Origin: Octopus bimaculoides
Lineage: Eukaryota
Reading direction: 5' to 3'
Assembly: GCF_001194135.2 (NCBI RefSeq)
Contig: NC_068994.1
Location: 35,425,731-35,489,730 of the forward strand
Length of the DNA stretch: 64,000 nt
The notes under the pieces were generated by a model. It saw only the letters and a program-made list of their open reading frames with translations. It was not told the DNA's origin and searched no databases. Below, one piece after another: positions 27,478 to 38,785 of this stretch (the stretch's first letter is position 1; every line of letters begins with the position of its first letter). The position numbers and the translations under genes were made by a program.

Positions 27478-27810
27478 GTATGTAGCTTTGTGGTTAGAGT
27501 TCTTGGCTCACAATTATAAAGTTGTGAGTTTGATACCTAGTGGCGTATTGAGTCCTTTAGCCAGATACTTTAATTCACATTTCTCCTGCCCCACTCAGCT
27601 GGCAAAAATGGGTTGTACCTGTAATTCAAAGGTCTAACCTTGTCACATTCTGTGCCTTGCTGAATCTCTTTGAGAACTACATGGGCTGGAACAATGTAAA
27701 ATAAAGCATGTCTGTAGAGTGCTCAGCCATGTGTATGTTATTAATTTCTTGAATAGGTTGATCCAATGATCCGATCAACTGAAACACCCATCAGAACCAA
27801 TGAAGTGGCA
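27478..27810 (+). mobile_element. tRNA-derived SINE family D; second partial copy about 63195-63345
   Basis: tRNA-like head (GTGGTTAG...GTGAGTTTGAT) and shared CCACTCAGCTGGCAAAAATGGGT / CCATTCAGCCATAAATGGGT segment. Confidence 0.6.
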
Positions 27811-28508
27811 GTGTGTGTTTGTGTTTTCTTGTCTTGGCATCACGTGATAGTTGTAAATGAGTGTCACTATCATATAAGCAGCATCATTCGTTTCCAGTAT
27901 TCTTTGAAAACATATTTGGCCAAGGGGAAATATTACATTGCTTGTAAACAGGTGAGAGCTGGTGACAGCAAGGGCATCTAGCCACAGAAAATCTGCTCCA
28001 GCAAACTCCGTCCAGCTCATGCAAGCATGGAAAAGTGGACATTAAAACATTGATGATGATAATGATGATGAGGATGACTGCTACTTATTGCTTTCATTGA
28101 TTGCAATGGAGTGAATAACAACATTTCCCTTAGCAAGATTTAAACTAAAAAGTACAAGAAACTTAATTAGATACGTTATGCAACACTTATGAATGAAACA
28201 TTCTCCCACCTCACCACACCAACTTTCACTTTAATCATGAGCAGCATGCAACTAGAACCTTTGCAATTGCTTCAAATGGTCTTGGTGGCATTGATCAGGG
28301 CAACAGATTTAGCTTACTATTTAAGAGTGCAATAATCACTTTGGTTGGTTTCAACACAGATTTTGTCTGTCTAATTTCACTAGAGGCTTTTGTTAACTCA
28401 CAGCTATGATAAAAGATAATTTCTGAAGTTGTTGCATTGTCATGTTGTACCTGAAGCTATAGGAATAGCTGTGTTATTGAGAAGTTTGCTGTGGGAGAGA
28501 CAAACACG

Positions 28509-28558
<50 letters not shown>

Positions 28559-29959
28559 TGCACTCACACACATATACATGACAGGCTTCCTCAGCTTCTG
28601 TTTACCAAATTAACTCGTAAGGCATTATTAGTTGGCCTGGTGCCATAGTAGAAGTCTTTTGCCTAAGGTACTGCACACTAGGACTGAACTTGAAACCATG
28701 CCATTGCAAAACTATGCTTCTTCACATCACAGCTATGACTGATCTTATTTTCATGAAATAAACACTTTAACCCACCAACCACGCTTGTGCTCATATTTAA
28801 AATGTGTACACTCTAAAACATTGTCTTGCTGTCTTCTACACACTTTTGAATAGTTCTGAGGATTTACAAATAAATAGAAACATCAGTAAACAATGGTGAT
28901 GATCCAGTCTTTAGCCTAGTTTATGAACGTACTAATTTATTTATTAATCCGGATTTTAGAGAATTACCTACATACATTCATGTGTTTTAGTTTTAAGACA
29001 TAGGTACAGTTAAGTTTATTTATATGATTTTACAGGGAACCTGATTTTTAACAATGTCAGTTTTTTTTTATTTTTTATTTTTTACTTTTTATTTAAAACC
29101 TGTGGTGTGTCACTCCTGGGTGACATGTATCATAAGTTCAACATTACTTCCTTAGAGCAAAAAAAAAAAAAAATGTTACTTCCTTAGGCCCTTACCTCCA
29201 TAAAAAAAATGACACGATACTAATATACAATAGCAGCATACTTATATACATGCATATGTACAAGGTCACATATAAAAACAGATATATATGGACAGACATA
29301 GATAAACAAATAGATAGATAGATAGATAGATAGACAGGCAGACAGGTGGAGAGAGAGAAAGAGGGAGAGAGAAAGACAGATAAATCAATTAATATAAAGA
29401 TAGAGATGGATGGATGGATGGCGAGACAGATAAACAGATAGATAAATAGATATAAAGATGTAAATAGATAGATAGACAGTGAAACAGATACAGTTTGGTA
29501 GACAGATATATAAATAGCTAGAAAGATAGACAGAGAGACTGACAGGATTGGTTGTATCTCACTAGTGTAAAATGCAATTAAGTGAAAGAAAGTGCCCAAT
29601 ACTGTTTTTAGAGTAGAATAATATTTATTCAAAGCTGAGATTGTATGAGCCACTACATATAGTTTCTTGTTTGCAATCCTGAAGCATTCTGACACTTGTT
29701 AATTAAATCTGTTTAGGTCATGCTGAAGGCAACTTGGTGGGAATTACTGGCTCCATACTTGGACATATGTAAACAAGGGTAATATATTTATAAAAATTAT
29801 ACTATAAAAATGTATAATAATTTATCTATAATGATTCATAAAAATTAATCTATAAAAATTTATAATAATCTCTAACAATTTATTACAATTAATCTATAAA
29901 GATTTATTGCAATTAACCAATAAAAATCTATAACAATTTACAAAAACTTAAACATTTAT

Positions 29960-30350
29960 TGGCACAGGTATTGCTGTGTAGTTAATGAGCTTGCTTTCTA
30001 ATCACTTGGTTTTGGGTTCAGTTTCACTGTGTAGCACTTCAGGCATCTTCTACTAAATCTATAGGCCAACCAATGCCTAATGAGTGAATTTGATCAGTGG
30101 AAACTGTAGAAGCCCATAATATATATATATATATTTGTGTGTGTATGTCTCTTTGTGTCTGTGTTTGAACCCTACTCAACCAGAGTTGGTTTGTTTATAT
30201 CCACATATCTGTGCAGCATTAGACACAAAATATTGATGGAGTACTTACCAGACTTAAAAATAAGTACTGGGGTCAATTTGCTTTATAAAACCATTCAAGA
30301 TAGTATTCCAGAATGGCCACAGTCCAATGACTGAAACAAGTAGTATATAA
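29960..30350 (+). mobile_element. SINE family A (diverged)
   Basis: Head, microsatellite and tail (CCACAGTCCAATGACTGAAACAAG) recognisable. Confidence 0.75.
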
Positions 30351-30937
30351 AAAATTTAATATCTCTCCAGTCATCATTTACTAGGCTGTTATTGACCGTG
30401 TTGATGCCTAGGTTCACCACAGACTTTAACTGAACTTTCCTTAGAAATTTTCCGTCAGTCATTGTGCAAGTACTTTTCTGTAAAAGGTCGTTTTATTCAC
30501 TGCAGTTGCTTTATAGAAATTTTTATAATTTGTTGTAAATGTTGATAGATTAATTTTTATAACTTTTCATATTTGTTTACATATTATTACATGTCCATAT
30601 AAGGAAGTGAGCTGGAGAAATTATTAGCATACCAGTCAAAACGCTTAGTGGCATTTTGTCTGTTTACATTTTGAGTTCAAACTCCACCAAGGTCAATTTT
30701 GCTTTTCATCCTTTCGGGGTCAATGAAATAAATACCAGTTGAGCACCGGGGTCAATGTAATTAACTATCCTCCACCCCAATAGTATTCTGGTATAATGTC
30801 TATTGTTGCAAAGGAGTACATCTCCATATATGGAACAAGCAATTGCTGCCAATTTGTTTTCAGTGTGACTAGGACCATTTGAATTGATGTGTATATAAAA
30901 AAGTTTCATTTACTATAGACTCAGTTGGGCACATGTA

Positions 30938-31505
30938 TACAGTGGTGGGCAAAAGTAGACGTACAGTGTTGCATATGAGTGGAATGTTCTTTTCATTACT
31001 GTGCTTCTTTTTTTTTTTTTCTAGGATAAGAATTCTAAGATTCTACATTCGTTTTAACTAATTCTTTCTATAGTAAAGTAACTATTCCTAAGTTATTATA
31101 TGGCTGGAAATTTGACCAACGATGAATGAAAGTGGATTAGCAAGAAGTACAAGAAAACATAGATTACAGAAATGGACTGAAGAATTTCAAAGACTAGCTC
31201 CATCAAAATTAACAATCTAAGAATATATGCCAAATTTGAGCAGACTATGTCCATCTGCAATGCACAGGAAAATCGTCAACCAGTCAGTTTTACTAATGAG
31301 AAAATGAAATGCTTGTGGCTCAAGCATTCACTCAAAGTCCCAAGAAGTATAAAAAAAAAAAGAAGAGTGCTTTCAATGAACTAGACATCTTCCACAGATC
31401 CTTTAGATGACTTATGAATCACTTAGGTAAAAAATAAATAGAGAAATGAAAAGAATATTCCACTCATATTAAGCAGCTGTATACCTACTTTTGCCCATTC
31501 CTATA
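30938..31505. mobile_element. Tc1-like non-autonomous element
   Basis: TIRs TA-CAGTGGTGGGCAAAAGTAG / CTACTTTTGCCCATTCCTA-TA. Confidence 0.7.
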
Positions 31506-32645
31506 TATGTATGTCTTTACATATGTATGACTCTGTGTAGATAGATGGATAGGCAAAGAGATAAATAGATAGATAGGTAGAGAAAATCTCGATTGATGGC
31601 TGGGTGCATAGGTAGCCACACACACACACACACTTATACGTATGTAACATGCTGACAAACAGACACATTTTTATCTGTCTGTTAACAATGATATACAAAA
31701 CCACATAAGCCAGGATACACAATTAGGCAATGGTTATTGACAGAAAATACAGACAAAAATATGACAGGTTAAACATTTGTACAAAAAACATCTGAGACAT
31801 TTAAAGTTAGACAATGAAAACTATGATGTTTTTAATCTAAGATGTCATCCATAATATTTCTGATTAGATATTATAATAAATGATATAAAATACATTAAAA
31901 TCTAGTAATTTAGAGTGATATGAAATATAGAATTTATTATTATTACTATTATTATTATTATTATTATTAGGAAAGATGAAAAACGGTGTAAATTCAAAAA
32001 TGACAAAAAAAATAAAGAACAAATAGGAAAGTTTCAGAGTGAGTATTTATCTTAATTTGTCATCCAGCTTCACCTTATGATCATATCTATTAAAGTACAC
32101 TCTCAACATGAAGAACATCTTAGTTCTTCCATAATTTTTTTTTATGTATACATATATATTTTTGGTGTGGGATGAAGAAGTTTGGGAAGTTACTTGAATT
32201 TTTTTTGCAATGGAATTAACATTCATCCTATCCAGTGTCTGTATGTAAGGGAGAAGGTGTGTTTCCCATGAAACCAGAGATAAGCGCCATTCATGTGGAT
32301 TTTTATGGTTTAGAAAAAAGATCAGCTAGCTTTATATATAAATAAATAGAGACACATTGAACTAAGAGTTAAGACGTAAAATTTATTCTTGTTCAGTAAT
32401 TCAATAATTTTTTTTCTTTTACTTTTATGTGTTGTTGGTGATAGTGGAGATAGGTATTGTAGCCAAAAGAAGAAATCATCATCATCATCATTATTATTTA
32501 AAATCATTATAAAACTAAATACAGTAATTTATTAATAATTGTAATGATGATGACAATGATAATGATGACAGTGGTGGTGGTGGTCGTCATTGTCATCATA
32601 ATGATGATGGAATAGTAATAGATTAACTTTTTATCATCATCATCA

Positions 32646-32689
<44 letters not shown>

Positions 32690-33315
32690 TAGGTGGTAAG
32701 CTGGCAGAACCATTAACGTGCTAGAGGAAATGCTTGGTGATATTTCGCCTATCACTACATTCTGAGTTCAAATTTTGCCAAAGACAACTTTGCCTTTTAT
32801 CCTTTCAGGGTCAATAAAAATAAGTACCAGTTGAAAACTGGGGTTGATGTAATTGACTCATCCCCTCCCCTGAATTTGCTGCCCTTGTGGCAAAAATTTG
32901 AAACCATCATTATTATTATTTTTATTACTGTCTGTCTGGCTCTCGTGCCGGTGGCACATAAAAGCAGCCACTACACTCTCGGAGCAGTTGGCATTATGAA
33001 GGGCATCTAGCTGTAGAAACTCTGCCAGATCAGATTGGAGCCTGGTGCAGCCATCTGGTTCACCAGTCCTCAGTCAAATCGTCCAACCCATGCTAGCATG
33101 GAAGGCAGACATTAAACGCTGATTATTATTATTATCATTTTTAAGGCTGTGGGCTGGCAGAATCATTAGCATGCTACCAGCTTTTCATCCACTGCTGGGG
33201 GTCAACTTTGCCTGTCATTCTTTTGGGATCAATAAAATAAGTACCAGTCAAATTGAATCAATGTAATTAACTAGCCTCTTCTTCAAAGATTTCAGGCCTG
33301 TATTAGAAAGGATTA
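32690..33315 (+). mobile_element. SINE B (32690-32910), RTE-tailed SINE C (32935-33120), SINE B (33140-33315)
   Basis: Core motifs as above. SINE C tail CCAACCCATGCTAGCATGGAA.GC.GAC.TTAAACG. Confidence 0.75.
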
Positions 33316-33853
33316 TCATTATTATCTACTGTCACTTTTTTTAACCTTTGTATGCTATGCATATATCCCTTCTTTTTCAAGGTATACCGTGTATACTTAA
33401 TTCTTTTCTTTTTTACCCTTTTTTTTTACCATTTCATTATATGCAAACCCCTACACTTTGTCTTTGTATTGTCCCCCTCATCCTTCACCCTTGTGGAAAA
33501 CAAATGAAATCATTATTATTATTATTATTATTATTATCATTATTATTATTAGTAGTAGTAGTCATTGTTAATAATAATAATAATACTGATGATGATGACA
33601 ATGAGGAAATTAATAAGAGTCAGTGTAATAAAATAGACTACAATAATACCATAATGCTAAGCTTTGTTACTATCAAACTACTGGATTCTGGTTTGAAATA
33701 ATATTCCCTCCATTAGGTCTTCTTGATAAGATAAAATGTTTTGCTGAGATGAAAATACAAACATAAAGAAGAAAAAAAAAATCTTGTATTCCTTAGATCT
33801 TTCAAACATAAGTATTTCACTCTAAAAATATCATACTGTGTGCTGCAATTATT

Positions 33854-34249
33854 TTAGACTTCCAACATGTTTAGCTGACCTTCACTAACCAGGTTTGACT
33901 CAACCAGCAAATAATCTACGGGGGAGCTTCTAATTCTGTTTCTCAAATAAAAATGTAGCCTATAGGGATAGAGAATTCCCCTTTTTACTTCAACCAATTT
34001 TAATAGTGCCTTGTTTGTACATAGTTCAAAGATTCCATCAGAGCAAAACCATTTGAATGCATTGCATGCCACAGATAGGTTGTAATCTTTGAACTTACCA
34101 GCTAGTGTTTCATAAAGCCCGTTGTTTCCACCTTCACTGTTAATGCTAGGACCACAGTCATCTGAACGAGATGATATTGTTGAAGATTCATTCAGATGTT
34201 TTTCTTTTTTACCTGCACCAGATGTCACAGCAGTGTCTTGAAAGCACAT
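33854..34249 (-). CDS. Possible alternative terminal exon (read-through of the exon-2 donor, 131 aa)
   Basis: Non-repetitive 131-codon ORF starting exactly at the exon-2 acceptor in AT-rich DNA. Confidence 0.4.
   Translation of the reverse strand: MCFQDTAVTSGAGKKEKHLNESSTISSRSDDCGPSINSEGGNNGLYETLAGKFKDYNLSVACNAFKWFCSDGIFELCTNKALLKLVEVKRGILYPYRLHFYLRNRIRSSPVDYLLVESNLVSEGQLNMLEV
34213..34249 (-). CDS. Protocadherin cytoplasmic exon 2 (37 nt, MCFQDTAVTSGA-G)
   Basis: Acceptor TTTTTTCATAG|ATG in phase 0 matches the exon-1 donor. Donor GCAG|GTAAAA in phase 1 matches the next exon. Confidence 0.75.
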
Positions 34250-36051
34250 CTATGAAAAAAAATATACAAGATAACGACAATAATCAAATGTAGAGAATTA
34301 ATTAATTTTTTCTCTCTCTTCTAGACACAATGTAGATTTGTGAGGGGAAGTTGGAAAAATCCAATCTACTATTGAATTTTAATGGAATTTGTCACTGCTT
34401 GACTAATAACAAGGTTCTTTACTCTATTAATTTTTTTGAAGCATGATAAAGCTGATTGAGTCAACCAAGTATTGTAAGATGTCCTTAGTTGAATTTTCAA
34501 ATATTTTATTACGAGACCCTGTTCACTTTATATCATTCTAGACACAAACTTAAGACTTGCCTGTAGTTTTCACAAGCCATGCACAATATCAATAAATAAA
34601 TTGAGAAACTTTGCGATTAAATGTACATAGCAAAATCATTTCAGGCCTTGCCCTAAAATAACTTTGATGTTGTAACCCCAAGAGCAAGGCAAGAAATAAT
34701 TTCATATATAGATATTGTTAATTGGTTCATCTGCTCTGTGGAGTGTTTCATAGCTTGGTGATTAATATTAGCAATGAGCACAAAGGTCAGTGAGTTCACA
34801 GGAAGAATAGATTACTTATGAAATGCCCAACAGCATTTAAACACATTCAGATACATCTTTCCAAGTTCAAAATTTTGCCAGGTTCAACCTTTGTCTTTCA
34901 TCCCTCTGGCATTAATAAAATAAATATCAAGTACATTCTGTGACTAGAATTGATTGACTATATCTCTTTTAACTTTATGACAATGTAAGAAATCTATATT
35001 GAAGCAGAGTACAGAGAGCTGTTAGTTGGAAGATATCACAGAACATATGAATAGATATGATAAAGTATTAAATTAAATCTATCATTTTGAGTTCAAATTC
35101 CACTGAGAGTTGACTTTGTATTACATCAGTTCAGACATTGACATATGAAAAGCCAGCAAAATACTGAGGTTAATTTTATCAATTACAATAACCTTTTTCT
35201 GCATAAAAATATTGATTTGTTTGCCCAAGGGAGAAATTAATATGGTATGGTGAGTAAATTAATCTATTGGTGTTTACATTGCATATGGACGCAGGCCTGG
35301 TTGAACTTTTAAATGACATAATGTGATGTTTGTATATATTGAAATATATAGATTTAATTGTATTTGTAGCATACACCCGATATGTAGGCATACCTTCCTC
35401 TAATAAATAGATTTGACTCACACAGACACACAGAGACTCACACATACCTCAAAGACCTAAATTCAGTTATAAAAAATATTTATGCTAAACATTATCAGTT
35501 ACATTTGGACATCTTTTTATAAAATAAATACCATATGTTACAATGAGAACACTTTATTAATAAATCCTCCTCATCATCGTCATCATCATCCTCATTTTCA
35601 TCATCATTGTCATCTTCGTCATCATGGTCACTGTCTTCAATATCACTGATAACTATGATGTCAGCAGCAGCAATGGCATCATCAGCATCCTCGTCATCAT
35701 CATCATCACTACTTTATAAGTGAATTTTGTAGACAGACACAATATAAAGTCCATCATATGTGTGTGTGTATGTGTGTCCTTGTATGTGTGTCTGTATATG
35801 TGCCTGTATGTATAAATGCATGATTGTGTTTGCACATATTGTTAATAGTTTACTTGGTGCTGCTGAAATTTCTAGTTGGTACTATGACTTCTTCCACTAC
35901 ACTTTTAAAAAATACTCTACCTGATAAAGCAGGTAAGGTTTGATCACAGGAGAAGCATCTTGGTTGTAAAAATCCTGCCTCAAAACTCCTCTCCAATTCA
36001 TGACAGCATGGAAAAATAGATGCTAAATGAATGACCAAATAAATATTGTCT

Positions 36052-36097
<46 letters not shown>

Positions 36098-36359
36098 CTC
36101 TCTATATATATATACTAAAAGGTCTAGTCTATTTTGTGTTGGTATGGTGGGCTGTGTGCCTCAGTGGTCCTGAGAGTTATGTCAGTGGAGCACAAGCTCC
36201 TCCTTGTATAGTATCACATGTTGACCCCATTCTTAGATATTTGTCATATATATATATATATATATATATATTAAGGAATAAAAAAATTATTTTAACTTTA
36301 CAGGCAAAAATCGGTATATTATTACACCGGGTTTCATAATATATAATATATATGTATAT

Positions 36360-38410
36360 TACTAATTTAGAGACGAACCACCACTCTACAACTCAGTCAA
36401 CTCAGAACCCATCCAAATCCATGCTGTGAGGCATATACCATCTTAATATACCTAAGATTTAAATCTAAAAATTTTAATTAAATAATATATTACATAAATA
36501 AATCATAGAAATATTAATTTTAAAAAATTTAAAAGTTAAAATTATAAATTGGACAGTAAAAATTACCATGATAATATACAGTATTGAAGTATAGATTTAA
36601 AAGTTAGTGCTAGTATATAGACTACGCGCGTTTCATTGCTGGAATAGGACTATATAAAATCATAAGCATATTCTATCAGAGTTCATTAGAACGGGGAAAT
36701 ACTAAAATAATAACGAAAATATCGAAAAAGAAAAACCTACCTAAAATAAAAAGTTTATTGAAGATTAATAAAATACTAAAATACTTAAAACTCACAGATT
36801 TACACAGAATAATAACTATACCAAATACGAAAGTTATGTATTACTTAAAAAATGTTATGAAACAGTGTAAAAGACTGCTCATGTTATCGATGAATACTTA
36901 AGGTAAAGGTAGTTATATGTTCCAATTTGTATAATATTGTGATGATTAAAGTGTATTCTAAAGCTAATTTGTTGTATCTTACGCTACTGATCATAACTAT
37001 AAGTTGGTAACTAATCCTAGGTTTAAATAAATAAGTTAGTTATCTAAACTTATTATATAAGTAATTTAATTTATGTCTGCATTTAATATTACGTTCATCG
37101 TGGGAGTTATTTTTTATTAGATAATAATATCTCTTTGAATTCGTTAGTACATAATAAGCAGAATTTATTCCCTATCCTATATGATTTAACCTTGCAAACT
37201 ATTTCCCATTTTAACTCGTATCCTATTCTTTTTTATTTAAGTTTCCAAATGGATTTACTAAGGCCCATAGAGTTCATTAAATTTCTATTCTTAAAAGAAT
37301 TCATATGTTGCGCCACCCGGGATTTAATTTTATTGCAAGTCGATCCAATGTAGGTAGTATTTTGTGTTATCATTTTCACTACAGTCATGATCCTTCAACA
37401 TCACTATTTTAGTAATTATAATACGTATTTAGCTCTGGTAATGGACACCATGTTTATCACCTGACTTTTCAGTATTAATGTTCATAGCATTATTTACGTA
37501 ATGTAGAATTTTCGTATGTATATAGTTATTACTCTGCGTTAATTTGCAAGTTTAAGTATTTTTCTAATTTTAATCCTCAAGAATCTTTTTATTTTAGGTA
37601 GATTTTATTTTTCGATATTTTCGTTATTATTTTAGAAATTATAATACGCATGTACTTCTGGGTAATAGACGTCATATTTATCACGTGACCTTTTAGTATA
37701 AATTCTATAACAGCCATTTTGATTCAGTCCACAGTTACTCACCGGCAGGTAAGTCATGTTTTCTTATTTTAATTTTAATTTTATAAACAGTATTGACATC
37801 CATCTTTTAGTAACTTCATACACTAACACGTTTTTTTACTATTATCTACTTATTCCATAATGTTTTAACCTTGTTTACTATAATACTCTTTTTCAATATT
37901 TTTAGATTGTAACTCTTAATAATTATATTAATAACCGTTAATGTAGGGATCAGTTTACAGATTTTGTCTCTTTGTATATATATATTTATTTCTCATGTTT
38001 ATGTTTATTCCTTGAATGATTTTAGGTATTTTCTTAGAGATTTGAGCTGAAGAGTGACTGATTTTGGGAGTAAAATCATTTCCCCGTTCTAATGAACTCT
38101 GATAGAATTTGCTTATGATTTTATATAGTCCTATTTCAGCAATGAAATGCACGGAGTCTATATACTAGCACTAACGGTTTACATCTATACTTCTATAGTG
38201 TATATTATCGTGGTAATTTTTACTGTCCAATTTATAATTTTAACTTTTAAATTTTTTAAAATTAATATTTCTATGATTTATTTATGTAATATATTATTTA
38301 ATTAAAATTTTTAGATTTAAATCTTAGGTATATTAAGATGGTATATGCCTCACAACATGGATTTGGACGGGTTCTGAGTTGTAGAGTGGTGGTTCATCTC
38401 TAAATTAGTA
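36360..38410 (-). mobile_element. 5'-truncated Penelope-like retroelement (PLE) with GIY-YIG remnant and inverted pseudo-LTR
   Basis: Arms of about 340 bp are inverted copies (36360-36700 vs 38078-38410), with a second diverged inverted match (about 36700-36830 vs 37505-37645). GIY-YIG C-terminal remnant lies between them; (TA)n flanks. Confidence 0.85.
37040..37365 (-). pseudogene. PLE GIY-YIG endonuclease remnant
   Basis: Manual translation TYIGSTCNKIKSRVAQHMNSFKNRNLMNSMGLSKSIWKLK*KRIGYELKWEIVCKVKSYRIGNKFCLLCTNE...KCRHKLNYL. Shows the YIG, R..H, LSK.IW, CxLC and KCRH pattern of PLE ORF ends; contains a stop and a frameshift. Confidence 0.85.
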
Positions 38411-38451
<41 letters not shown>

Positions 38452-38477
38452 TATATATATATATATATATATATAAG

Positions 38478-38512
<35 letters not shown>

Positions 38513-38785
38513 TATTTGTTTTTAGGTTTAATTATAATAAAAACAATTTTGCATTTAATCTGAGGGGTGACTCTATACTTTTGATGAGTACTAAATTAAT
38601 TATTCTTAAACAAAAGAATATTTTTGACAGTGATGTCGAAGTTGTTTCAGCCTATTGAGCATGTGTGTGTGATGCCTTGATCTTGTATAAAAGCCTGTCT
38701 CAGATGCATTTCTGATCAACCTATGCAGGCATGATAAAATGGATGTCAAATGAACAAATAAAGCTCTTAGAAAAAGATGTCAGTT

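Noticed and set aside
36360-38410. Mitochondrial insertion or long-TIR DNA transposon (MULE)
   Set aside because: No mitochondrial gene or DDE transposase motifs; the internal remnant is a PLE GIY-YIG domain.
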